From the IMG/VR virus record IMGVR_UViG_3300015050_000527, positions 1 to 49,530 of that record: a stretch of DNA of 49,530 nucleotides; one strand, 5' to 3'. A model generated the notes under the pieces. That model had not been told where the DNA came from and did no database searches. It saw only the letters and a list, made by a program, of their open reading frames with translations. Of this stretch, positions 1 to 8,228 are shown piece after piece. Source of the DNA: a virus. Lineage: Duplodnaviria > Caudoviricetes. A program made the translations under genes and the position numbers. Numbering within the stretch: position 1 is the stretch's first letter; the number at the start of each line of letters is the position of its first letter.

Positions 1-117
1 GGTTGCAGTTTGTATGCATGGGCTGCTTGGACTCGGAAATCTTTTGGTATGCTTGCTAACTATATCTTGTTGACGACGATTGATAGCATCGGATTGATTC
101 GCATGATCGTCGCTTGA
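1..117 (+). CDS. 3' end of a small membrane protein (truncated by window start)
   Basis: Frame 1 open from base 1 to TGA at 115-117; hydrophobic GCSLYAWAAWTRKSFGMLANYILLTTIDSIGLIRMIVA. Confidence 0.6.
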   Translation, partial: GCSLYAWAAWTRKSFGMLANYILLTTIDSIGLIRMIVA

Positions 118-142
118 CATCCGATCTTCTTTGTGTTATGAT
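114..142 (+). promoter_or_regulatory. sigma70-type promoter
   Basis: TTGACA-17bp-TATGAT upstream of 169 ORF. Confidence 0.6.
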
Positions 143-168
143 GGTAAAAATTGAGTAAGGAGTATATT

Positions 169-630
169 ATGCCGGATAAAAGTTACACCGTTGATGTTCA
201 GCAAAACGATGAGGGCGAGTCATTCATTGAGTTTCCTGATGAAGTCATGTCCACTCTAGGATGGGAAGAGGGCGACACAGTTGTTTGGAAAGACAATCAT
301 GACGGATCTTACACCATCTCGAAACGAGAGACTGAGTGGGTTCTAGTTGAAACTGTGCAGACTTTCCGACATCGATACATGATCGAAGTTCCTAAAGGCA
401 AAGCTGACTGGGCACTAGACACTGTTACAATGCAGGAAGCAAAAGAGTTTTCACAGAAACACCTTGATGAAACGATTGTATCTCATCGAGTTGTCTCAAA
501 AGAAGAGTCGATTGCATTGTGTGATGAAGACAATGAATACACATCAGAATGGAACAAAGAACTAAAACTGAATGCATTCTACACTCCATGGCCATGGAAC
601 GAAGACGGTGAACTTATTGAGACAAAATAA
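169..630 (+). CDS. hypothetical protein with N-terminal AbrB/MazE-like domain
   Basis: IEFPDEVMSTLGWEEGDTVVW resembles the AbrB swapped-hairpin motif; AAGGAG RBS before ATG 169. Confidence 0.55.
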   Translation: MPDKSYTVDVQQNDEGESFIEFPDEVMSTLGWEEGDTVVWKDNHDGSYTISKRETEWVLVETVQTFRHRYMIEVPKGKADWALDTVTMQEAKEFSQKHLDETIVSHRVVSKEESIALCDEDNEYTSEWNKELKLNAFYTPWPWNEDGELIETK

Positions 631-632
631 TC

Positions 633-1370
633 ATGAAAGTATACTTAGGACCACACACTAGCTGGTTTGGACCATACCAGATGGCAGAAAAGATTCTGTT
701 TTGGTTGGACAAAGACAAAGACAAAGTTGTTTACAAATTTGGTCAATGGCTAGCTGGAGACTCAGACAAAGATGAAGACGGCAATGTAGACAGCAAAGAA
801 ACGCTTCTATATAAGTTTCTCACATGGATCGAGTCTAAGAAGAAACGTAAAGTAAAGATTCGGATTGATGATTACGATACGTGGAACATGGATGGAACTC
901 TCGGATTGATCATCTTGCCCATGCTCAAGCAACTCAAAGAGAAGAAGCATGGTTCTCAGATTGTTGATGTAGAGGATGTGCCTGAACATCTTCGCTGCAC
1001 AACCACCGAAGACTATGACAGTCAACTAACTTTTGAGTTCTATCAAGAGCATGAAATCAAAGAAGGTGAATGTGATATTCACGCTCGGTGGGATTGGGTG
1101 ATGGATGAGATGATATGGGCATTCGAGCAAATTCAACCCGAGTGTGATTGGGAGGCGCAGTATCAGAGCGGAGTTTCAGACATTCTTTGGAAGAAGTCTG
1201 GTAAAAAATACTCAGACTCTGAGACTGGCGAAGATCAAGAAACATATCAAATGGTAGATGGTCCTAATCACACACGGAAGTACGATTGGGATGGAATGAA
1301 AAAGCATCAAGACAGAATTAACAATGGCTTTCGTTTGTTCGGAAAATACTATCAGGGTCTTTGGGATTAA
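633..1370 (+). CDS. conserved phage hypothetical protein
   Basis: 245-aa ORF in operon; Trp/Asp-rich, ends LFGKYYQGLWD. Confidence 0.75.
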   Translation: MKVYLGPHTSWFGPYQMAEKILFWLDKDKDKVVYKFGQWLAGDSDKDEDGNVDSKETLLYKFLTWIESKKKRKVKIRIDDYDTWNMDGTLGLIILPMLKQLKEKKHGSQIVDVEDVPEHLRCTTTEDYDSQLTFEFYQEHEIKEGECDIHARWDWVMDEMIWAFEQIQPECDWEAQYQSGVSDILWKKSGKKYSDSETGEDQETYQMVDGPNHTRKYDWDGMKKHQDRINNGFRLFGKYYQGLWD

Positions 1371-1372
1371 TC

Positions 1373-1597
1373 ATGACGTTACCTATTGAGCGCCATCGTG
1401 CTGTTGTATGCACTAAACAATTTCTACTAGATTTGTGCGATGCAAAAAAGACTCCTAGAGTATCTAAAGTCATTCGCACACGCGCATTGTCTCTGCTTAG
1501 ACACTATCCCAGCGAATATGAAATGGATATTGTTGCTGAACAAAGCGACAACTCAAATACAAATTTTTATCAAGTGTTCGGAAAAAGGTTTATATGA
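1373..1597 (+). CDS. BPSL0761-like small protein
   Basis: MTLPIERHRAV...FLLDL...PRV...IR.RA.SLLRHYP pattern (recalled family resemblance). Confidence 0.55.
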   Translation: MTLPIERHRAVVCTKQFLLDLCDAKKTPRVSKVIRTRALSLLRHYPSEYEMDIVAEQSDNSNTNFYQVFGKRFI

Positions 1598-2439
1598 AAT
1601 TCTCTCTAGCCAGCGATATTCACTTAGAGTTTGGACATCTAGACTTAAGCAATAGCGAAAAGTCTGAAGTTCTGGTTCTTGCAGGTGATATCTTCGTTGC
1701 TAATGATTTTAAAGCTAAGTCGAAAAGAGTCGGAGTATATCATCGATTCTTAGAAGAAGTGACGAGTCGATATGATCATGTTGTCTACGTTATGGGCAAT
1801 CATGAACACTATCATGGAGACTACGCAAAAACTGCTGAAATTCTACAAGAAGAGTTTAAATACTTCACAAACTTCAAATTCTTAAACAATGATCATGCTG
1901 ACATCTGCGATGTGAGATTCATCGGTGGAACACTGTGGACAGATTTCAACAAGATGGATCCACTCTCTCTACAGAACATCAAGTATAAGATGAATGACTT
2001 CAATGTCGTCGAGAACAGTAACGCCCAAGTTTCTTTTAGAACAAAAGATGCAGATTCTAATGCAATCTTCAAAGAGAGAAATTCTAGATTTTCTCCTCAA
2101 GATGCATATGAAGAACATAAGGTGTGTCTGAGTTCAATTGATGAAGCTATAAACAGTAATCTAGACGATAGAAAAGTTGTAATTGTTGGACACCATTTAC
2201 CAACTCACCAATCTGTGCCTGATGAGTATAAGAGAGATTATCACGGCAACGCTGGATACGCATCCGATCTATCAGAGTTTATTCTAGATAGACCTAAAAT
2301 ACAGTATTGGATACACGGACATACTCATACTGCATGTGATTATATGATGGGCAGTTCTAGAGTAATATGTAATCCAAGAGGTTATGTTGGTTATGAAGCA
2401 TCTGCACAAAACTTTAGAATAGCACAGTATATTATATAA
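1594..2439 (+). CDS. calcineurin-like metallophosphoesterase
   Basis: SDIH, AGD, GNHE, HH and HGHTH metal-binding motifs in canonical order. Confidence 0.9.
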   Translation: MKFSLASDIHLEFGHLDLSNSEKSEVLVLAGDIFVANDFKAKSKRVGVYHRFLEEVTSRYDHVVYVMGNHEHYHGDYAKTAEILQEEFKYFTNFKFLNNDHADICDVRFIGGTLWTDFNKMDPLSLQNIKYKMNDFNVVENSNAQVSFRTKDADSNAIFKERNSRFSPQDAYEEHKVCLSSIDEAINSNLDDRKVVIVGHHLPTHQSVPDEYKRDYHGNAGYASDLSEFILDRPKIQYWIHGHTHTACDYMMGSSRVICNPRGYVGYEASAQNFRIAQYII

Positions 2440-2454
2440 TTAAATTACAAATAG

Positions 2455-2517
2455 TGTAGCTAAAAAACGACAAGCGCATAAAAACCGCTTGACAAATTCA
2501 TCAGGATCGTTTACACT
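2455..2517 (+). promoter_or_regulatory. sigma70 promoter with upstream TGT-N12-ACA palindrome
   Basis: TGTAGC-TAAAAA-ACGACA 2455-2472; TTGACA 2489-2494, 17 bp, TACACT 2512-2517. Confidence 0.65.
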
Positions 2518-2560
2518 AAATACTGTGAGAAATTCAGCAAATACGAAAGATGTGTCCGCA

Positions 2561-3103
2561 ATGAAAGCAAAACTGATCATCACTGTTCTAGCCTCTATGT
2601 TCGCAGTCTCTGCTGCCGTTGCGCAGGATGTTCGCTACGCACGTGTCGTGTCTGTGACTGCAAATGAAAAGATGTATAGTTCTTACGAACTTGGTCCTAC
2701 TGTATGCACGATCCAGAACGTTCCTGTAGAGCGTCAGATCCCTATCTATAGGGAAGTGTACGGCAACAACGGCAATCAAGCTGCGGGCATGATCATCGGT
2801 GCAGTCATCGGCAATCGCATCTTCGATAGTTCTAACGGTTCTAGGATCGCTGGAACTTTTCTCGGCGCTGTTGTCGGCAACTCATTGGCATCAGACTCGC
2901 GCAGGACTATCGTAGAATATCGTTCGGAAGTCCACTACGTCGAACAGCAATACTGTGGACGTAAGAGTGAGTTTGTAACTCGACCAGTGATCGATAGCTA
3001 CAATGTTGTCTATGAGCTTGATGGTGTTCTTCGGAGTGTTGTTATGCGTAATCCCCCGGGAGAGCGTATTCGAATCACAACAACCATGACAATAGAGAAT
3101 TGA
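2561..3103 (+). CDS. secreted glycine-zipper 2TM protein
   Basis: N-terminal signal peptide; AAGMIIGAVIGNRI and AGTFLGAVVGNSL glycine zippers. Confidence 0.75.
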   Translation: MKAKLIITVLASMFAVSAAVAQDVRYARVVSVTANEKMYSSYELGPTVCTIQNVPVERQIPIYREVYGNNGNQAAGMIIGAVIGNRIFDSSNGSRIAGTFLGAVVGNSLASDSRRTIVEYRSEVHYVEQQYCGRKSEFVTRPVIDSYNVVYELDGVLRSVVMRNPPGERIRITTTMTIEN

Positions 3104-3426
3104 TGTTTTTCATCTACGGAGCGGAGAATAGCAAAGCATGTGACAAAGCAGAATTCATTCTGTATACGCTGGATATCGATTACAGAATCTATATTTTTGG
3201 AAAAGACTACACACTAAAACAATTGAACAGACTTGTTCCCGATGTTCAGACTGTGCCTCAGATATATCATGGCACTAAGTACATTGGCGGTGTAAAAGAA
3301 CTTGCAACATATTTACAAAATGATGAGGTGGTAAATGAATCCCGAAGTGAATCCGAAAGAGCTAAGAGAATATTTGAGCTCCTTACTGAAAGACGGCGAG
3401 GTAAAGGTGACATTCACGAAAAGTGA
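3103..3426 (+). CDS. glutaredoxin-like protein (single Cys, SKAC)
   Basis: TVPQI and YIGG motifs of NrdC-type glutaredoxins; CxxC replaced by SKAC. Confidence 0.75.
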   Translation: MFFIYGAENSKACDKAEFILYTLDIDYRIYIFGKDYTLKQLNRLVPDVQTVPQIYHGTKYIGGVKELATYLQNDEVVNESRSESERAKRIFELLTERRRGKGDIHEK

Positions 3427-3607
3427 TGGTACGCCTCGCGAGATGCGATGCACTCTTAAAGAAGATGCAATTGAGCAGACTGAGAAGAAGACAGATAGAG
3501 TTCGTAAAGAAAACACGGATGTCATGTCTGTGTGGGACCTGGACAAGAATGCGTGGCGATCATTTCGCATTGACTCTGTGAAAGAATTTTATTTTAATAT
3601 TGCATAA
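3335..3607 (+). CDS. SH3/WYL-like beta-barrel protein (DUF2693-like)
   Basis: VTFTKSDGTPREMRCTL...VWDLDKNAWRSFRIDSV motif; GAGGTGG RBS. Confidence 0.75.
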   Translation: MNPEVNPKELREYLSSLLKDGEVKVTFTKSDGTPREMRCTLKEDAIEQTEKKTDRVRKENTDVMSVWDLDKNAWRSFRIDSVKEFYFNIA

Positions 3608-3609
3608 TC

Positions 3610-4740
3610 ATGCGTAAACTTGTCGCGATAGACTCACCAATGATGGGCCCTGAACCATCGTGGGCAGTTGAACCCAATAATCCAAAAGAAGCATTTCTCC
3701 GATCACTGAATTGGTATAATTACTCGTTCGGTCGAAAGGAAGCTAAGGAATTCTTTATCGATTATTTGAAGTCTGTTGGACGAAGCAAAGATGAAATTGA
3801 ACTTGCTAAGTCAATTCCAGATACCAAGATTCCTGCGCAGTTTGGATGGATTGCACGAATGATGTGCGTTGGGTTCAAGCCAGACGACAAAACTAAAGAG
3901 TTCTTCACTCAGACATACAAGCGCCTTATTGCTTTGACTAAGAAGAATCAAGTCAAAGAACCGATTGAACAAATTGAAGAATCTACTGATGTTGGTGTCG
4001 TTGTTCCTAAAGCAACGATACAAGAGCGGATCTCAGATAAGGCAAGAGAAGAAGCGGGCGAACTTGAAGGACTTATTGACGACTTCGTTGCGTCTGGATG
4101 CAAGATGCAATTCGATCTTGATAGCTATGTGAAGAGTAAGAAACTCAGTTCGGTTGTTCTGAACAAGATATGTGATATTTTTGTGAATCAATCGAAGCGT
4201 CTACAGGACGATATTGCTTCTAATGATCCTCAGGTGAAAGAAGGTTACTCCAACTTCACCCGTGCAGAGTTGCGTAAACTCAAAGACTTTATCGATGGTA
4301 TCGTCGCTGCAACCAACAAGGGTGCTGTAGACTCTAAGCCTGTTCGAAAAGCGAGAAAGAAGAAAGAAAAGCCCGCTGCTGTTCTCGCATCTAAGGCACT
4401 CTATCTGATTGAAGATAAAGAAACTGGACTGAAGAGTATTCATCCAGAGAAGATCATCGGTGCATCTCAAGTCTGGGTTTATAATGTAAAAACTAGGACT
4501 CTCGGCGTATACTTCTCTAATGATGCGCGTGGACTTACAATCAAAGGAACGACAATACTGAACTTCAAAGAAGATATATCGATCGGAAAGAAGCTAAGAA
4601 AGCCTAAAGAAACACTGGATGACCTAATGAATTTTGGTAAAGTTAAATTGAAACAATTGCTAGTGAATTTGTCAACTAAAGAAGCTCCCTTGACAGGTAG
4701 ACTGAATAGTGATACAATCATTGCAAAGGTGGTAAACTAA
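3610..4740 (+). CDS. conserved T4-like hypothetical protein
   Basis: 376-aa ORF directly upstream of rnh; basic C-terminus KKLRKP...GRLN. Confidence 0.75.
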   Translation: MRKLVAIDSPMMGPEPSWAVEPNNPKEAFLRSLNWYNYSFGRKEAKEFFIDYLKSVGRSKDEIELAKSIPDTKIPAQFGWIARMMCVGFKPDDKTKEFFTQTYKRLIALTKKNQVKEPIEQIEESTDVGVVVPKATIQERISDKAREEAGELEGLIDDFVASGCKMQFDLDSYVKSKKLSSVVLNKICDIFVNQSKRLQDDIASNDPQVKEGYSNFTRAELRKLKDFIDGIVAATNKGAVDSKPVRKARKKKEKPAAVLASKALYLIEDKETGLKSIHPEKIIGASQVWVYNVKTRTLGVYFSNDARGLTIKGTTILNFKEDISIGKKLRKPKETLDDLMNFGKVKLKQLLVNLSTKEAPLTGRLNSDTIIAKVVN

Positions 4741-5601
4741 ATGATTCTTCTCGATCTAAACCAAGTAATGATTTCCAATCTGATGATGCAACCAGGTGGA
4801 TTGGAAAACATCGACGAAAACATGATTCGGCACATGGTGCTGAACAGTCTTCGCATGTACAATGTGAAGTTCAAGAAAGACTACGGTGACTTGATCATCT
4901 GCACGGATGACAAGAACTACTGGCGCAAGGACATCTTTCCCTTCTACAAAGCGTCTCGTAAGAAGAGTCGAGAAGATTCGCCTTACGATTGGAATGCAAT
5001 CTTCACTGTGCTGAATCGTGTTCGCGATGAAATCAAAGAGAACATGCCTTATCCCGTTGTGCAGGTAGACAAGGCAGAAGCAGACGACATCATCGGCACT
5101 CTATGCTATAAGCATGGTGTTCAGTTGAAGTCATCTTCCACGGAGAAGATTCTTATCCTGTCTAGTGATAAAGACTTCATGCAACTTCAGAGGTTCGCGA
5201 ATGTTGAACAGTTTAGTCCGATGGCGAAAAAGTTTCTTCGTACAAACGATCCTGAAAAGTTTCTTCGTGAGCATATTATTCGTGGTGATCGTGGCGATGG
5301 TATTCCTAACATTCTGTCTCAAGATGACACTTTTGTCTCGGAAGCGCGGCAAAGACCTGTAACCGAGAAAAAGCTAAATACATGGCTGACGCAAGAACCC
5401 GAGTCTTTTTGTGATGATATGATGCTAAGAAATTTCAAGCGCAATGAAGCACTCATTGATCTTGAGAAAGTTCCTGCTGACTATCAGACTAAGATCATGA
5501 ATGCGTTTGAGAGTGCTCCCAGAAATGGAAAGGGCAAATTAATGAACTACTTTATCAAGAATCGCATGAAAGTCTTGATGGAATCCTTGCAGGAATTTTG
5601 A
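4741..5601 (+). CDS. rnh: T4-type RNase H (5'-3' exonuclease)
   Basis: MILLDLNQ, YWRK..FP.YKASR, EADDII, SSDKDFMQL and GDRGDGIPN motifs. Confidence 0.93.
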   Translation: MILLDLNQVMISNLMMQPGGLENIDENMIRHMVLNSLRMYNVKFKKDYGDLIICTDDKNYWRKDIFPFYKASRKKSREDSPYDWNAIFTVLNRVRDEIKENMPYPVVQVDKAEADDIIGTLCYKHGVQLKSSSTEKILILSSDKDFMQLQRFANVEQFSPMAKKFLRTNDPEKFLREHIIRGDRGDGIPNILSQDDTFVSEARQRPVTEKKLNTWLTQEPESFCDDMMLRNFKRNEALIDLEKVPADYQTKIMNAFESAPRNGKGKLMNYFIKNRMKVLMESLQEF

Positions 5602-5605
5602 ACAA

Positions 5606-6064
5606 ATGGCAAATATCGACTTGAGTAAAATGACTCTTCCAGAGATCATGAATCATCTATCGGCGGATGTATCCAATGATGATCGCCCTGAGGCTATGCG
5701 GCGGGTTGCAAATTTTAGACCAGACTTCAAAGCTGTTCTTCAACTTGTGTACGTCGAAGCAATTCAGTTGGATCTACCTCCAGGAATTCCTCCGTACAAG
5801 CAGCAGAACATGCCTCAGAATTGGGGCTACAATCGTCTTCCAAGAGAATTGAAGAAGATGCATTACTTCATTAAGGGTTCACCTAACAACGTCAATCGAC
5901 TGAAGAAAGAAAGCATGTTCATTGAAATGCTTGAAGCTCTTTCTCCAGACGAAGCCAAACTTCTTATTCAGATTAAAGATAAGAAGTTGGACTACAAAGG
6001 TGTAAGCAAGAGGTACGTCAAGAAGGCGTTTCCTGAATTTTTTCCTGGAGAAACAGAAGAGTAA
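5606..6064 (+). CDS. conserved T4-like hypothetical protein
   Basis: LPPG.PPY and ESMFIEMLEALSPDEA motifs; position after rnh. Confidence 0.7.
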   Translation: MANIDLSKMTLPEIMNHLSADVSNDDRPEAMRRVANFRPDFKAVLQLVYVEAIQLDLPPGIPPYKQQNMPQNWGYNRLPRELKKMHYFIKGSPNNVNRLKKESMFIEMLEALSPDEAKLLIQIKDKKLDYKGVSKRYVKKAFPEFFPGETEE

Positions 6065-6067
6065 GAT

Positions 6068-6253
6068 ATGCCAAAGAACGAAGACAAGAAGCGTAAAGGT
6101 TTTAGGGAATTTTATGAAGACGAAGATCAGAGACCTAATCGTAAACGGGTTGAAGAGTCTCATAAAGATAGAATGAGGTTCAAGGACAAAATTAAGAAAT
6201 TTGATCCGAAGACATATTCCGAAGAAGACTTTGACGAAGACTATTTCAACTAA
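6068..6253 (+). CDS. small highly charged hypothetical protein
   Basis: 61-aa ORF in operon. Confidence 0.55.
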   Translation: MPKNEDKKRKGFREFYEDEDQRPNRKRVEESHKDRMRFKDKIKKFDPKTYSEEDFDEDYFN

Positions 6254-6269
6254 AGAAAAGAGATACATT

Positions 6270-6461
6270 ATGAATAAAAGCTCAGTTGCACTGATATTGA
6301 TTGTGGTTCTGATTGCAATCATTGTCTCACCCTTCATGTTCATTTGGAGTCTGAACACTCTTTTTGGATTGACAATTGCTTTTGGATTCTATGAGTGGCT
6401 AGCTGCATTGCTGCTGGTCGGAACTATCACGGGCAATGGCGTAAAGTTCAAAAAAGAATAA
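6270..6461 (+). CDS. small membrane protein
   Basis: Two hydrophobic segments, IWSLNTLFGLTI. Confidence 0.6.
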   Translation: MNKSSVALILIVVLIAIIVSPFMFIWSLNTLFGLTIAFGFYEWLAALLLVGTITGNGVKFKKE

Positions 6462-6496
6462 AATAAATCTAGTTTTTTCGTTCTGGTTGCATATAT

Positions 6497-6530
6497 AAGA
6501 GCCCTAGAGACGAAAGTTTCTAGGGCTCTT
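6497..6530 (+). terminator. intrinsic terminator-like hairpin
   Basis: AAGAGCCCTAGAGAC-GAAA-GTTTCTAGGGCTCTT. Confidence 0.7.
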
Positions 6531-6578
6531 GCTTGTTGTGCTGCAACAACATTAGTTGACTAATTTGATCAACAATGC

Positions 6579-6757
6579 TTTACAAACCAACACAACTCAT
6601 GTATACTATGTTCTGTTGAGTGAGAAATCATTCAACGTCAGAGGAAGAAGAAAGACTGACTAAAACAGTCAAGAATTCAGAAACCTCTTGACAAGATGCG
6701 GTGGATGATGTATACTGTATCTGTTGAGTGAGAAATCGCTCCAAGTTCTTTAAAAAT
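6579..6757 (+). promoter_or_regulatory. tandem sigma70 promoters P1/P2 plus boxA-like antiterminator driving the tRNA operon
   Basis: TTTACA-17-TATACT (6579-6607); TTGACA-17-TATACT (6688-6716); both followed by TCTGTTGAGTGAGAAATC; GTTCTTTAAAAA at 6745-6756. Confidence 0.75.
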
Positions 6758-6800
6758 TTGACGATCAGCATATGTTTCCCAGGGTTCTGAACTCTGGGTG

Positions 6801-7302
6801 CCATATTGAAATGCATTACAGGTTGGGTAGCATTCGCGGTGCTACTATTTGGGATGAAAAGCCGGCATGACTGCAGGGTAATAATCTAAGATACGCAGTG
6901 TGTTTCAATATGGTGTAAGCCAGTAAGAGCAGCGGTTTCTTTTCTAAGTTGAATCCAGTATGAGCAGCACGGTAAGCTAGCTAAATCCGTGGGCAGGCAA
7001 TAGTATCAAAATGTAACTTAGATGACAGCCAGGAAAGTCTGGCACCATATTGAAGCGCATTCTAAAACATAAAGATTTAGGATCATCAAGGGGTACTTTC
7101 AGCACATCCCCGAGTGTGCTTCAATATGGTGTAGCTTAATTCAAGAGCGGCGGGCACACAGGTTCAGACGTCTACCCGTGAAGTGCAGGTGCAAGTCCTG
7201 CCGCCATATTGAAACACATTGCTTGCCCGACCGTAAAAGTCGTGGTAAACTACTAGAGAAACAGGTTCGAATCCTGGGGACTGGCAGTGTGTTTCAATAT
7301 GG
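6801..7302 (+). repeat. alternating inverted-repeat array (CCATATTGAARCACATT / AGTGTGYTTCAATATGG) x3
   Basis: Arms at 6801-6817, 6897-6913, 7045-7062, 7112-7129, 7204-7222, 7284-7302. Confidence 0.9.
7125..7209 (+). ncRNA. tRNA-like element with 20-nt anticodon loop
   Basis: Acceptor TATGGTG/CGCCATA, D arm GCTT/GAGC, stem GCGGG/CCCGT, T arm GCAGG-TGCAAGT-CCTGC. Confidence 0.65.
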
Positions 7303-7315
7303 TAAAAGAAATGAT

Positions 7316-7402
7316 GGGTGTCGAGAAGCATTGGTGACTTCAGCAGACTGTAAATCTGTAGCCCCTAGGGGCAACGGGGTTCGAATCCCTGGACACCCAC
7401 CA
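7316..7402 (+). tRNA. tRNA-Tyr(GTA)
   Basis: Cloverleaf, loop CTGTAAA, long V arm, CCA. Confidence 0.9.
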
Positions 7403-7409
7403 AAAATTG

Positions 7410-7484
7410 ACCCGCGTAACTCAGTGGTAGAGTAGCGTCTTGATAAGGCGAAAGTCATTGGTTCAATCCCAATCGTGGGTACCA
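7410..7484 (+). tRNA. tRNA-Ile(GAT)
   Basis: Cloverleaf, loop TTGATAA, CCA. Confidence 0.88.
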
Positions 7485-7497
7485 CAAAAAGTTATTC

Positions 7498-7572
7498 GGG
7501 AGTATGGCGCAGTGGTAGCGCAGCGGACTTTTAATCCGTTGGTCGAGGGTTCGAATCCCTCTGCTCCTACCA
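7498..7572 (+). tRNA. tRNA-Lys(TTT)
   Basis: Cloverleaf, loop CTTTTAA, CCA. Confidence 0.92.
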
Positions 7573-7583
7573 AAAAAGAATTT

Positions 7584-7660
7584 GCGACTGTAACTCAGTG
7601 GATTAGAGTAACCGGCTTCTACCCGGTATGTCGGGGGTTCGAATCCCTCCAGTCGCACCA
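7584..7660 (+). tRNA. tRNA-Arg(TCT)
   Basis: Cloverleaf, loop CTTCTAC, CCA. Confidence 0.92.
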
Positions 7661-7664
7661 ATAG

Positions 7665-7694
7665 TTGACATCCAGTGTGATCCGTGTTATCATG
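7665..7694 (+). promoter_or_regulatory. internal sigma70 promoter in tRNA cluster
   Basis: TTGACA-17bp-TATCAT. Confidence 0.55.
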
Positions 7695-7768
7695 TGATCT
7701 CACTAAGAAAGGCACGATGAAGATCGCCAGATCCGAGTGCACCGGGGTTGTGGAATCTGCCTCGTAAT

Positions 7769-7843
7769 GCTTGATTAGCTCAGTGGTAGAGCGTCTCCTT
7801 TACACGGAGAGGGTCCGCGGTTCGATACCGTGATCAAGCACCA
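7769..7843 (+). tRNA. tRNA-Val(TAC)
   Basis: Cloverleaf, loop TTTACAC, CCA. Confidence 0.92.
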
Positions 7844-8041
7844 TTTAGTCTATTGTTAAGGAAAATTCCTGTGTTCACCAGGACAGTGAACTGTCAATGT
7901 CTCGGATGGTACCTCACAAGAGATATACAGTTTTGAATTGACGAATCGTGGATTTAGCGGTCCTAGCAATAAGCAATTCATAATAAAAGCAAACGATAGT
8001 AGGGCGATTGCTATCAATAACTTGACAATAGACTAAATGGT
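7840..8041 (+). ncRNA. putative ~200-nt structured ncRNA closed by a 21-bp stalk
   Basis: ACCATTTAGTCTATTGTTAAG pairs with CTTGACAATAGACTAAATGGT; no ORF inside. Confidence 0.55.
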
Positions 8042-8049
8042 AATAATTT

Positions 8050-8124
8050 GGCTTCAAAGTGTTCATGGACGCACACATGCCTGTCACGCATGTAGAAGGG
8101 GATCGTTACCCCTTGAAGCCGCCA
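8050..8124 (+). tRNA. tRNA-Asp(GTC), atypical T loop ATCGTTA
   Basis: GGCTTCA/TGAAGCC acceptor, loop CTGTCAC, G73, CCA. Confidence 0.82.
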
Positions 8125-8143
8125 CATATATAATAGCATAGTA

Positions 8144-8228
8144 GCCCCCTTGGCGGAATTGGTAAACGCACCAGATTTAGGTTCTGGCATCGAAAGGTTT
8201 GAGAGTTCGAGTCTCTTGGGGGGCACCA
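8144..8228 (+). tRNA. tRNA-Leu(TAG)
   Basis: Cloverleaf, loop TTTAGGT, long V arm, CCA. Confidence 0.9.

Noticed and set aside
7125-7209. Selenocysteine or opal suppressor tRNA (TTCA in loop)
   Set aside because: TTCA sits inside a 20-nt loop with no 7-nt anticodon geometry, no long V arm and no NCCA end
6801-7302. CRISPR array
   Set aside because: Repeats alternate in orientation, inserts vary from ~50 to ~130 nt and are structured, and no cas genes are in the window
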